From Ginglymostoma cirratum (Eukaryota): DNA of 64,000 nucleotides. The stretch lies in NCBI GenBank assembly GCA_024137785.1, contig JAHRHZ010000144.1, positions 73,548,391 through 73,612,390 on the forward strand, written 5' to 3'. Below are positions 1 to 12,619 of this stretch, piece after piece. The notes under the pieces were generated by a model. The model was given only the letters and a program-made list of their open reading frames with translations. It was not told the origin of the DNA and did no database searches. A program made the position numbers and the translations under genes. Every line of letters starts with the position of its first letter. The first letter of the stretch is position 1.

Positions 1-99
1 TTAGCACCACTCTACCTCTAGCTTATCATGAACCCAATGCAAAACTAATCCCATCTCATCTCTGCCCCACACTACCCTCCGTCAATTATGGTGGCCCAT

Positions 100-322
100 T
101 TATCTGTTCAGGTAGGCATTCCATGGTACTATTTATATAAAGTAGGAAGTTATCTCAGTGTTCTGGTCAACCAGAAACAACAGAACCAGAAAGCAGATTA
201 TCTTTTCATCCATCTCATTGCTGTCTGTGGGACTCTGGTGTGTGTAAAACTGCTGTTGCAGTTACTACTAGAACAACAGTGTAATTGTTGTATGTGAAGC
301 ATTTTGTGATACTTCCGAGAGA
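100..322 (+). mobile_element. Decayed DeuSINE (SacSINE1-like) 3' portion
   Basis: CCATGGTACTATTT...AGTAGGAAGTTATCTCAGTGTTCTGGTCAA resembles the Deu domain, followed by CATTGCTGTCTGTGGGAC...TGTGAAGCATTTTG, an L2-like tail. Similar to the copies at 16.9 kb and 53 kb. Confidence 0.5.
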
Positions 323-559
323 TCTGTTTCCATAGTGTACTGCTATGTCTTACAAAGTTCAACTTCACTGAATTATATCTTACTCAAAATAGCTAATGAC
401 AAAACCAAGATGTGTATTTAATTTAACCTCAATGCATTAAATCTAGCAATATACATTTAGTAACAAATAGGAGGCCAGATGTAGATGTACCATTGCAAAG
501 CAATTGCTGAAGTCCAGCTTCAACTATAGTTGGAAAATTAATGCTACCACATGAAACTG

Positions 560-2620
560 TCTAACAACAACACAAAAAAGGGGCGACCTTGGGCAGCCCC
601 AGAACAATGCTTGATTAACCTGCGCTAGTTAACTGCAATATAAGCAGCCCAGTAATCTCAAGCTGCCTATTGTTCGAATGACCTCTGTGCCTGGGCCAAT
701 TACTAACCATGACTGCTGTATCAGTGGGCCAATATCACGAGTGGTTAGAATCAATTAAAGTTAGCCTACATCTCTTAAAGTGGAGGTGCATTGTGACTGA
801 AAGCAGGTGCTGAGTTGTGACCTGGCAAAGGGTGAGACAGAGGACAGCAAAGTGTCTAAGGTTTTCAAATGCTGCTCTGGAGGGTGTGGAAAGGAGGAGA
901 AATGTATTGAATCTATAGGGAGGTGGGGGAAAGGAAGCCTTCCAGATTCACAATCAAAAGGCAGTGAGAGTAAATAACCATGAAGTTCAATGCCAGGAAT
1001 CAAATCCCCCCCCAGGACCTGGATGCAGTGTTGCAAGAAATTTAATGACCTCTCACATGTAGGCAAGGTCAGTGAATGCATCTTCAGTTTTCCTATCCTA
1101 CAAGCTACAACTGGAGCCACAGCTAATGCTCAAATCATCATGCACACTGTGCTCATTTACCAACAACCTCTCTCAATAATTTCTCCTACCGAATATTCTT
1201 GGGCTTCCCTTCACCTTTACACACAAATCTCACATGCACATCTATAGGTTGTACAACAATGCCAATCACTCATCCATCACAGCAACATTAGATAAACAAA
1301 TTACGCAACACTCAATGACACACTCCCCTCCCACATATGACAAGTGATGTACAACCAGAGGCAGCAGCAGATTACTGAAAGTAGGTAGGTGAGTCTTCAT
1401 TTCCTAAGCCTCATCTGTAGGAAAAGGTCAGGTTGGTTGTATTGGAACAGCCATTGCTGTGGGGGTGAATCCATCAAAGATGATGGAATCCCCCGGTTTC
1501 ACCCGCCTTCTTGCATCCTAATGCAACACTCACTAATTGATAATGGTGAAAATATGCACCTCTTACTTTCACCACTCTCTCCACACCACAATCTTAACTG
1601 TATGTCCTTCTGACTTCCAATGCTTAAAAGGTCCTGCATGGACATGCAGTGGAAGAACACTAAGAGAATGGTGATAAACATATTTAACAGTAACACTGGC
1701 TATTATACTCGCAGTCACCAGCTCAGAGAGTGACGCCGTACATAACCTTTAAGGATAGATTAGAGGTGGGATCTGCACTTGGTGATCTGCTGGGCATGAG
1801 TGGCTTGCAGCCAGAGCAGGAACAAAAGATAATGCAGGTGCCATCTCCTTGACATGGAGAGGGCTTAAATGAAGATAGTGATAAGGTAAGTACAGAAGGA
1901 GGTTGATGGATATACACAACTGTACAAGATGCTTGGTATGTTTAGAAGAATTTTTCTGGCAAAGTCAAGGAACATGGAAGAATCCAGCACGGTGGCAAAG
2001 AGCTTTATGTAGACCTTTGATCCCATCCACTCCATCATGTTAGTGGGGACAAGTTCCATTTGCACCTATGAGCTCAACCAACGCGCAGTGCATCAGCCAT
2101 GCTGCAGGCACTGAAGAAGCACAACCTAGATATGATCTCCTGGTGAGAGCTCTTCTTCCCCTTCTTCCTGCTCCCCATTCCCTTTCTCGACTCTTGTTCT
2201 GCTTTGTGTGGCCTCTCCCCATTCTCCCAGTCATGTTGTATTATAAAGAATGCTTATTCATGCACCCAACTTCAGCAGTGCCTGGTTTATACAGAAGCCA
2301 CAAACTCAGAAAAAAATCCTGAAAACGTGAAACACTGCAAAACTTTTGAAAGTTGAATCAACTATGGAAAACACCAAACATTTGTCAGTCAAATATAACA
2401 ACAGTCAAAAGAAATCAACCAGCAACTAACTTGTAAGTAGTTAATTATGCCTTTAAATAGTGCTGATAATGCAGTGGGTGAGGTACAGGATGCAGTGGTA
2501 GTTGTCCTTCCTACTGCTTAACATGTATTCAGCTCTGCAAAGGTTTACGAGGCTGGAATGCCGAAATTTCATCCTGGCATCAAATCAGTACTGTATCTAA
2601 ATTTCCATCATGATCTGCCT
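560..2620. mobile_element. Harbinger-type DNA transposon remnant (boundaries approximate)
   Basis: Contains the Myb-like remnant on +. On - there is RRGRRALTRRSY (~2130-2170), resembling the N-terminal region of vertebrate Harbinger transposases in convergent orientation. TIRs not identified. Confidence 0.4.
859..1067 (+). pseudogene. Decayed Myb/SANT-like (trihelix) DNA-binding ORF of a PIF/Harbinger transposon
   Basis: Stitching across frameshifts gives RFSNAALE-GVERRRNVL ... KRQ*E*ITMKFNAR ... PRTWMQCCKKFNDL, then AAG|GTCAGT. This fits the RFSxxxLE..W..VA..RTxxQCRKKFNDL pattern of Harbinger ORF2/NAIF1-type proteins. Confidence 0.65.
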
Positions 2621-4582
2621 ACTCCTGGTACTTCCAAAGGGCATTCACTGCATCCCCACAAACACCTGAGCATTAGATTGTCTGGCCCTGATCATAAGAT
2701 TATCTGGTTCAGTTCACTCCACAAGTGTGCTATGTAATGTGAATAGCATTTTGGAGTCATATAGCTGCTCAAAGCACCTGAAACAATTGTCAATGTGCCC
2801 AATTTCTCAACGAAAGAGTTTAACATGTAAATAAGAAAACTCAATTTTTTTCCTATTTATGTCATTTTCTTCAATTCCAAAACTCAATATTCCTGATATT
2901 TTCAGAATAGGCAGGCTTACTAAACAAGTACCAAGCCAACTCTCAGGTGAAAGCTATAAATATTGTGCATTAGCAAGCCTTAGTTATTTAGAGCTCGTAT
3001 GATGGAAGAGCCAGATATAACTTTCCAGTTGCCATCATAAATGATCAATTGCACAGTCACTTAATAGAGATACAAAAATGCCCCCTCAGTCACTAATGCG
3101 CTACCAACCAATTCTACAATAACTGGAGAGATGGGAAACAATTTTGAGCATCTCTACATTTAAATGCAGTTCAAAGTAAGAAAAATGATACTGTGAAACA
3201 ATGTTTTATATGGAGGCATGAATTTCTTTGGACTTTACCAGCCAATCTTCAACTATTCTGGTGATATTGGTGAAAGTTACATAACTCTGGAGACTGCTTG
3301 ATACTTCATGACATTTGAAGACTATAAAATTGCTCGGGATCTTCATAATGAATAAATGCTATCCAGTTCTTCCACTTCCTCATATTCTGCACATACAACA
3401 GCGCCCTGCAATCAGCACTTCTATCCTTCCAATCAGGGAAATAAAAAAGTGATAAAAGGCATGAAAATAACATTTACAGGGTTCAGTCCCAGTAAGATGT
3501 TTATCACAGATTGGAGTCACAGTGCAGCCAAGACAAACCGAAAGCAATGGGTGACTTGACACCAAGGTTCTCAGACCACTTTCACGCCAATGTGTTCCCA
3601 AAACCATCCCGGATTATTACAAAAACACAGGATAGCTACATTTGCAGCGGATTGCTTCTGTCATTTCATGGAGATCTTTTTGCTTAGAGAGAGCTGTGAA
3701 CACTTGGATCTGACTGTGTGGTAAGAAAATAATAATTAAACTGTACACAGCTATTAACAGTTTTCGTAAAATAAATTTTAAAAGTGACAGTAGGAGGGAA
3801 AAGATAATAAAACCATGACATCAGTTTGAAAAACTAAATGGGAGTATCTATATGAGAAAATTAGAACTGTAGAAAGTGTACAGCAGAGTACACTGTGTGT
3901 ATAATTAGAAGGACAGGTATTAAAATGTTACTTCTATGTTGTGACAGAAACATGATTCTACCTCTTACTACAGTAAAGTGAGTTTTTAACAAACAAATAA
4001 ATAATTTCAAACTGGTCCATTGAACTTATTCCTTGTCGAGATGCTTAATTATTTTCCAAACATTTTATTAAATTGAGGTATGGAAAAGGTGACTCCTTAA
4101 CAAATGTTGATTTGGAATCCTGAACAAGAAACTATGAGCAGTACCCAAAGTAAAGCATCCATTTTATACAAAAATAAAAAAAAATTAACAGCCTCAGTAA
4201 ATGAAAAGGTGAACTAATGTTCTAAATGACAGAAAAGAATGGTTAATATATTAAACTATAAAAGCAAGCCACACAGCATTATTAAAATAATTAAATATTA
4301 ATTGCACCAACATGTAGTTACAATGATTGACTGCAAATGTTAACTGTTTTTCTCAAGTTCTTGCAAGAAGAGAGTGACCATGTGCAGGAAGAGCTCAGCC
4401 TCCATCACATCATTCTCAGACACAGCCTCTCACCACCTGAGACAGATCATGCTGCATGTTACTCTCACTCATGCACACCAAGCAGTACACAAGTTCAGCG
4501 TAAAAGGGACTTTAAAAGCTCATTGGGCACATACTTTGCTTGTATGAAATACCTTATTCATGACAGAGCAGCAAGTGCCTAG

Positions 4583-4714
4583 NNNNNNNNNNNNNNNNNN
4601 NNNNNNNNNNNNNNNNNNNNNNNNNNNNNNNNNNNNNNNNNNNNNNNNNNNNNNNNNNNNNNNNNNNNNNNNNNNNNNNNNNNNNNNNNNNNNNNNNNNN
4701 NNNNNNNNNNNNNN
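4583..4714. other. Assembly gap (other gaps: 5378-5524, 35111-35210, 36030-36165)
   Basis: Runs of N. Confidence 1.
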
Positions 4715-5524
4715 TTAAAGTTTGATGAGTTGGCGGCAGAATGCTTCCTAGCTGCTGCAGAAGAGCCGCTTATTTTGCCAAACTTAGTTAAGATGAAGGG
4801 AGCAGGGAGGGAAAGACAGCGATGGGAAAAGTATATATATATATATAAAATGGGGAAATGGTTGGGATACAGAACTGGAACAATGACACTAACAACAGCT
4901 TCTAGTTTACAAATGGTGTCAGACTGCCACTTGTGAACTGTAATCTGACAGGGGCGATTTGATATCATAGCTCTGTTTCAGTCTAATTTATTGCATATAT
5001 AGGACACAACTCCCTGTGTACCCATTTCGCAGTTTTTCAAATGAAATTACTTTCATACACTATTTCCCAACATACCCCTTATATGAAAGTCAGAGAAAAC
5101 ATTATTAAAATTTATGCAAGGAGGTATTATTATGTTTGATCAACCCACAGATGGCAATGTATTCAAAACCTTAATACAGTCAGCAATAGGATAAAATGCA
5201 TACATTTATTCTCTGCTTTTGATGAATGATAACCCACAATCACTTCCCCAACTCCTATTCTATCCCGACCCCCACCTTCTCCACCTGATATGGGGGGATG
5301 GACTTTGGAGTGAGAATTACCAATTATCTGACAGCCATTAATTATGTTCTTAAAACTGCTGGCTACCGAAACACACANNNNNNNNNNNNNNNNNNNNNNN
5401 NNNNNNNNNNNNNNNNNNNNNNNNNNNNNNNNNNNNNNNNNNNNNNNNNNNNNNNNNNNNNNNNNNNNNNNNNNNNNNNNNNNNNNNNNNNNNNNNNNNN
5501 NNNNNNNNNNNNNNNNNNNNNNNN

Positions 5525-5690
5525 TGAAGACAGAAACACACATGCATTCACACATGAACACAGTAATACACAAACAAACATGCATGCACACACACAAACA
5601 TACACAAGAACACTAAATTCACAAGCATACACAGAGCCACATAAACATACTGACACGCAGACACAAAGGTATACATGAACACACCACAAA
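5525..5690. repeat. Degenerate (CA)n-rich repeat next to an assembly gap
   Basis: Seen directly; the gap 5378-5524 is flanked by CA runs. Confidence 0.8.
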
Positions 5691-8600
5691 ACCTAGGGTT
5701 AAATTTGCTGATCAGTTGTGGCCGACTAACCTTCAATCGAAGCACCTGCTAGTTGCCCAGACTCTGGGAGAGAGAAAAAAAATGTCATGTAAATCAACAT
5801 GGGGAATGAGCTGGCTGACATTGTGTATAAAATCAGCACTTTTTATGTAGAATCTTTATTTCACATAGACTCCCTCCGTTTGTTCATCAATATATTATCA
5901 TTGTCAAAGAGGACAACCTTACCAAACAATACCATGTTTGGCTACTCTTCACTTTCTGAAGAACTGAAAAAAATTAACTGGGCACATTCTTCATTTAACA
6001 ATATGACACTACGTTATATCTTTTGAAGTATGAGATGTATCAAAAAAAAATGTTTGGCTATTGATGAAGCTTTTGAAATGCAGCTTACGAAAGCTATTTG
6101 TAAACACTTTCCTCAAAGTAGGGTGTGTGGAGGGTTGATGGGGGTGTGTGGTAAAGAGTGTTTCCATGTGAGAACAAGGAAGATGAAAAAATATGGTGAA
6201 AGATAATGTTTCATTCTGTTATCAGCAGCAAGTAAACAGAAAGAGAGAGAAAGAAACGAGAAAAAAAGTAAAGTCCATTGCATTTTTGTCTTGTTTTGGC
6301 TGTGATACAAATGCTCTGAGCAATGCAAACCACTGGATTTTCTGTGATTCTTCTTCCCCCTCTACTTTTCATTCCAGGATTTAAACAAAGAGAAACAATT
6401 TTTACTCTTCAAACAAAGAATTCCCCTGAACGGACCCCCTGCCCAGCAGGTCACCTATCTTTGCGACAGTTTTCCTTTTCCCACGCTAACCCCGGGGCTC
6501 ATTTACATACGGACTCTGTTGTGACAATTAGTTTCAGGTGAGCTGATTTCTATGAAGCTGGGCCCAAGACACTGCAGCTCCTTCAGGCCTCCCTGATGCC
6601 TTTCCTAATTGCGACTGACTGGCACCAGACACAATCGCCCTCTTGAATCAGCAAATTGTCGTCCCCAGTAACATGTTGCGACCTCGTATTGTACAAATCA
6701 TATCACTGCGCCCAGTGAGGTAAACAAGGAATAGGATGAATTCAAAGGCCCACACAATAATCAGCTGACCTCCCCTTTCACCTCTCGACTACTGCAAAGG
6801 ATTCTCTCTCTTCCTCCCCCACCTAACAAAAAAGAAGAGAAGTAAAAAGCTGTTGTGTTTGGTGCCTGGGCATCTTTCTGTCACATTTCTGGAGCGCTGT
6901 CAAGTTCCTGTGTGCAGCAATGTATAATTATCATGTATCCGTGAGGGAGTGTGTAATTTCCACTATTGATGAAAGGGATCCAAGACCACTGAAGTTGCCC
7001 TGTCTCAGTCCCACAATGCAGACGTTTCCCCCCCGTCCCCATTTTTCCCTCCTTTGTTTTTCTTTCAGTTATTTTATACTCTACCTTCCCCCAACCCCAC
7101 TGAACCCCACAAATTGCACAGCCCCCACAGCTTGTGGCAAAACAGCTCAAATGGACGCCAGCATCCCATCATAACTGACATGTCTTACTTCAAAGCAGTG
7201 CCGTACGTTTTAACAATCCCTTTTTTTTCCAAAACAAAACCTATCAATCTGCAATCTTTAACCGCACTCTGCAGTCTTCTCTCTCTCTTTCTTTCTCTCT
7301 CTCTCACCCCCTTCCTTAAAAATAGAGAGGGAGGGAAAAATGATGTAATGTCTGCCTGGCTGTGTAAAGCTGATCTGGTCCGCCCTACAAGCCCTCGAGA
7401 TCCCAGCCAAATTCATCCTTAATGAATGGGACCAGATTGAGTCACCACCAGGCATGCTGTTTGTCATTCTCAGGAGCACAGGTATCTACAACACTACAAA
7501 GTGGGAACTCCTGACAATTTTGCTTTTTTCTTCAGAGAAAAGAAATACAGTGACTCCCAGGGACCTATCAACTGTCACATTTCCATGAGGTTGTTTCACA
7601 AGTCTGAATAGCTGAAGAAGAAAGATCTTGTCTTTTGATAATCCTTATCAGAGTTCTGCTTTAGCTCGCAAGGAGTTCTGAACCTCAGAACAGCCAGAAA
7701 GCATGGAAGGATTTGACCTGAATCACTGGTGTAAAATGTAAACCATACGTGTAGACTTGAGAAAAGTATATAAAAAAAATTATTGTTGATCATGAAGCAA
7801 CACTTTTTTTTATGTTGGTGCAGAAACCTCTGGAAGAGATCAATCTGCTTGGAAGAATCTCAACCCACCCTTGACATTTAACACTCTCCCCACGATTAAA
7901 AAGGAGGACCTCAAAGCAGCTCCTGTTTGGGATTCTGCATCAGTGGCCAGAGGGACTGGAACAAACATCTACCTTAATTTGGAAAACTTTGCTTTACTGC
8001 TGTTAAACACATTTCAGTTAAAGTACATGGCCCTTTGCTTCCTTGTGCAAAGAACTTCAAAATCCCGCTAACCTTGCCCTTTTGGAGATGCGCAATGTGT
8101 TTGTAATCTGAAGAAGCTCAGTTTTCTGACATATGAAAAGTCATTATATTTGGCATGTCTGAGTCAGCCTTTTGAATTATAGTCCATGCAGATACATTGA
8201 AACTGTTAGCAAAGGCATGCAAAGCAATATCCTTTCAATCTAACATTTGGTAAGAGTTCAGCCCATTGTGTTTTCATTCTGTTCAGTCCCTGCACTACTC
8301 TTCTTCAGTTGCAGTCTTTCAAAGAGCCAAGCATTATATTTTATTAAAGTTGCTGTCAAAAACCCTAGATTGATCTCTGCTCGGACTGACTTTGTTTCAA
8401 ATGTTGACAATTTCCAAGATCTAATATTAACTTATCACGTTAAGTTATCAACTTATGGTCATCATTGGAATGCTGATTATTGCTGCAAGTGCTGATTAAC
8501 AGTGTTTAGGGTAATGGGGTGGGGTTCTTACTGGGATAATATCTTATACTGGAGAAGAGGAACCTAAAGGGGTGTAAAGATAATCTAAGAAAAATGTGAG

Positions 8601-8884
8601 ATAGGCATATCAAAAAACAATTTTTATCACTGTCATATTTTTCACATCCAAGAAGGCTACTTCCGTTGTTGAGATGGTGAGAATAAAATGTGAAAGAAGA
8701 CAGCAGCCATAATGCCAGGCAGCACCTAAGTGGGAGCAGGCCTACCTATGATGTTATTGACATTGCCCATGGGTACAGTAATTGGAACCATAACGGAGCA
8801 GACATTTGTTTGTTTCAAATATGTGTTACATTACTACAAGGAAGATTTACTGCAAGGCACTTTATACATATAACAGGAGCGATA

Positions 8885-10620
8885 GAGTAGCTGGGGAAAG
8901 GATAGATCCTCTCAAGGACAATGGAAGGAATTTGTGTGGAACCAGAGGAAATGAATGAGGTCCTTAATGAATTCTTTGCATTGGTATTCACAAAGGAGAA
9001 GGATATGGTGGATGATGAGTCTCAGGAGTAGTAGGAGTAGTATGTTGATATCCTAAGACATGGCAATTTAAAAAAGGTGTTGGGTGTTTTAAAAAAGCAT
9101 TAAGGTAGACAAGTCTCCAGGACTTGATACGATCTATATCAGAATGCTGAGGGAGGCAGGTGAAGAAATTGCTGGGGCCTTGCACAAAATCTCTGTGTGC
9201 TCTTTAGCCACACAAGAGGTCCCAGACGACTGGAGAATCCCAAGGTTGTTTCTTTGTTTAAGAAGGGCAACAGGAATAATCCTGGAAATTACGGACCGGT
9301 GTGCCTTACATCAGAGGTAGAAAAATTGTTGGAGAAGATTCTTAGAGATAGGATTTACTCACATTTAGAAAAATATGAACTTATTAACAAAATGCAGCAT
9401 GGCTTTATTGGGGGAAGATGGTGTCTCACAAACTTGTTGAGAGCAGATTGGAAGATGTTGTCTACATGGGCAAGGCCTTTGACAAGGTCCCTCAAGGCAG
9501 GCTGATACTAAGGTGATGTCACACGGGATCCACTGTGAGCTGGTTACAGAACTGGCTTAGTCATGGAAGATAGAGATTAGGGGTGAAATGGTGTTTTTCA
9601 GACAGGAGATCTGTGAGAGTGATGTTTTTCAGAGATCAGTGTTGGGACCCCTGTTGTTTGTAATATATATAAATGAGGAGAATGTAGGTGGCCTGATTAG
9701 TAAGTTGGTGGATGACAAAAAGATTGGGGGAGCTTCAGGTAGTAAGTAGCATTGCCAGCGGATATAGCAGGTTATAGATAAGCTGGAGAGTTGGGCAGAG
9801 AAATGGCAGATTGGGAGTGTAATCCACACAAATGCGAGGTGATGCATTTTGGAAGATCAGATGCAGGAGGAAAGTAGACAGCATATGGCAGAACCTTGAG
9901 TAGCATCAACATACACAGGGACATAGGTGGACAGGTCCACAGTTCCTTGAAAGTGGCAACACAGGTAGATAATGTGGTCAAGAAGGCATATAGCATGCTT
10001 GCCTTCATTGTACAGAGCCTAGAGTATAAAAATTGGCAAGTCATGTGGCAACTGTACAGAACTTTAGTTAGGCCACATTTGGAATATTATGCACAGTTCT
10101 GGTTGCCATGCTACAAGAAAGTTGCAGAGGCTTTGGAGAGGGTACAGAAATGGTTTACCAGGATGTTGCCTAGTTTGAAGGATATAAACTATGAGAAGAA
10201 ATTGGACAACCCCATTTAGTTTTCACTTGAATGTTGAAGGATGAGAGGCAACCTGACAGAAATTTACAAAATTATGAAAAACATGGATAGAATGGATAGT
10301 TGGAATCTTTTACCCTGGGTAGAAATGTCAGTTACTAGGGGACATAGGTGTAAGCTAGAAGGGGTTAAGCTTAAAGGAAATATGAGAGGCAAGTTTTTAA
10401 GAGAATGTAGTAAGTGCCTCAAATGTACTTCCAGAGCAGGTGGTAGAGTTTCATACAATAGCAACGTTTAAGACGCATTTTGACAAATATATGAGTAGAC
10501 ATGGAACAGAAAGATACAGGCTGCATAATGGCAATTTTTATTTTAGAAAGGCAGCATGTATCAGCCAGTCTTGGTGGGCCGAAGAGCCTGTTCCTGTACT
10601 GTGCTGTTCTTTGTTCTATT
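8885..10620 (+). mobile_element. 5'-truncated, degraded CR1-clade LINE (HER1-like), RT to 3' end
   Basis: Fragments VVSLFKKGNRNNPGNYGPVCLTS, QHGFIGGRWCLTNL, LYRTLVRPHLEYYAQFW and MRGNLTEIYKIM, with many stops and frameshifts. 3' tail GGGCCGAAGAGCCTGTTCCTGTACTGTGCTGTTCTTTGTTCT. Confidence 0.92.
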
Positions 10621-11070
10621 ACCCCGAGAACAAACTGAGTAAAAGTGACCATGAGTTGACAATGTTTTCTAAACTGGAACTTCATGGAATGTCAAACATG
10701 TTTCCCCAACTCTCAGGAAAGTTATCACATCTGGCCTAAGAGTTTATCAGCTGTACTTTTCATTTCAAATATCTGCAGAAATGGTTTGTCACATGTATGT
10801 TATTTTTATACTGCTACTATCAGGAAAGGCCCATTCTTTACAAGGCTACCCTTTCTTTTAAAAAAATGAGAAAGTAATGCTACATTTAAAGGATATTTAA
10901 TGTGGGCGCAGTTCCAAGAACAGACCAAAACCACACCCCAGCCCATGCTGTTCAGTCACCACCAACTGCAATGGAGACATTTTGGAGATGGTGCCAAATT
11001 TGGATGTCATCTCCTCTGATGTCATAATTTGGATGTCTTTTCTCATTAGGAAGTACAGTCGATTTTTAAA

Positions 11071-11789
11071 AATTCTTTTATGGGATGTGGGCATTGCTGG
11101 CAATTCCAGTATTTATTACCTTTGAACTGAATAGCTGGCACAGGCCATCTTAAAAGGCAATTATGAGTCAACTACACTGGGGACGCGATGGCCCGATGGT
11201 ATTATCACTGGACCGTTAATCCAGAAACCCAGACTGGAGACCTGGATCCAAATCCCACACAGCACATGGTGGAATTTGAATTGAATAAATATCCGGAATT
11301 AAGAATCTAATGATGACCATGAATCCATTGTCGACTGTCAGAAAAAAACCCACCTGGTTCACTAACGTCCTTTAGGGAAGGAAACTGCTATCCTTACCTG
11401 GTCTGGCCTACATGTGACTCCAGACCCACAGCAATGTGGTTGACTCTTAACTGACTTCTGGGCAATTAGGGATGGGCAATAAATGCTGCCTAGCCAGCAA
11501 AACCCTCATCCCATTAATGAATAAAGAAAAAACACACTGCTCTGAGTTTGGAATCGTGTGTAAGATAGACCAGGTGAGGACAGCAAATTGCCTTCCCTAA
11601 AGTATATTATTGATACAGATGGGTTTTTATAAAAATTGATGACAATTTCATGATCATCATTACAAAAACTAAAATATAATTAATTGTATTAAATTCCATT
11701 AGCTGCCATGTGAGCTCAAGTCCACAGAGCATCAGCCTTGGTCTCTGGAGTGTTAGTCTAGTGATATCATCATTGCACCACCATCTCCC
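11071..11789 (-). mobile_element. Older tRNA-derived SINE, interrupted by a younger copy of the same family
   Basis: Flanks 11071-11179 and 11540-11789 join into the reverse complement of the element at 11180-11533 (e.g. GAGTCAACTACACTG|CTCTGAGTTTGGAATCGTGTGTAAGATAGACCAGGTGAGGAC). Confidence 0.75.
11180..11533 (+). mobile_element. tRNA-derived SINE with LINE-like 3' tail; 6-bp TSD ACACTG
   Basis: A-box-like TGGCCCGATGG and B-box-like GGATCCAAATCCC. The tail GGCAATTAGGGATGGGCAATAAATGCTG...ATGAATAAAGAAAAAA is shared with the LINE end at 54.2-54.7 kb. ACACTG occurs at 11174-11179 and 11534-11539. Confidence 0.85.
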
Positions 11790-11854
11790 TTTTATCAGAC
11801 ACATACAAGCAAATAAAATGTAAGTTTGTGACATCAGACCTAATCGAGTTGCAA

Positions 11855-12068
11855 TAAGAACATAAGCAATAGGAGCAGGAGTAGGCCATCTGGCCCCTCT
11901 TATTCAATAAGATCATGGCTGATCTTTTTGTGGACTCAGCTCCATTCATCCACTGCTCATCATAACCCTTAATTCCCTTACTGTTCAAAAATCTATCTAT
12001 ATTTTCCTTAAAAACATTCAATGACGTAGCCTCAACTGCTTCATTGGGCAGGAATTTCCACATATTCA
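11855..12068 (-). mobile_element. CR1-clade LINE 3'-end fragment
   Basis: Encodes WKFLPNEAVEATSLNVFKENIDRFL (ORF2 C-terminus) and has a typical CR1 3' tail. Confidence 0.85.
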
Positions 12069-12295
12069 ATGAATGACATCACTTTCTTCCACCATATATG
12101 AATATTTTAAACTGTTTTATTGTGAGATAATAATACTGACATTGTCTCTTCAAATGTAAAAGTGTAACTATTTTAAATTAAATGCATCCTTAAATCATGA
12201 TAGTTGTTTCTGCATGCTATCACTTTTATGGTTTTTTTTAATGCACTTTTAGCATATTGTTAGAAGGTAAACTAGTCAGATATCCCAATTTAATT

Positions 12296-12561
12296 ATAGA
12301 GTCACTACAGTGTAGAAAGAGACCATTCAGCCTATTGAGCCTGCACTGACTCTCCAAGGACCATCCCACCCATATACCCAACCTACCCACATAATGCCAC
12401 ATTTACTTGCACATCTGTGGACACGGCAAGACAATTTCATATGGCCAATCCAGCTAACCCACACATCTTTGGATTGCTGCAGGAAACTGGAGCACCAGGC
12501 AAAACCTTGGTCCCTCGCACTGTAAGGCAGTAGTGCTAACCGCTGTGGCACGATGCTACCC
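12296..12561 (-). mobile_element. HE1-like (V-SINE) element, internally deleted
   Basis: Minus strand reads GGGTAGCATCGTGCCACAGCGGTTAGCACTACTGCCTTACAG (tRNA head), GGTGCTCCAGTTTCCTGCAGCAATCCAAAGATGTG (V domain), then a CR1-type tail. Homologous to 54286-54630. Confidence 0.82.
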
Positions 12562-12619
12562 TCTAGACACAGCAATTTCCTCTTCTATTAACAGATAATG
12601 AGGCACAGCTTCATATACG

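Noticed and set aside
5144-5156. CTCF-like motif CCCACAGATGGCA
   Set aside because: Two mismatches to the core; expected by chance in 64 kb.
4579-5745. ORFs containing X runs or CV/TH repeats
   Set aside because: Artefacts of N gaps and CA repeats.
11180-11260. tRNA genes at SINE heads (also 54286 and ~53200)
   Set aside because: The A and B boxes run into SINE bodies; no complete cloverleaf or Pol III terminator.
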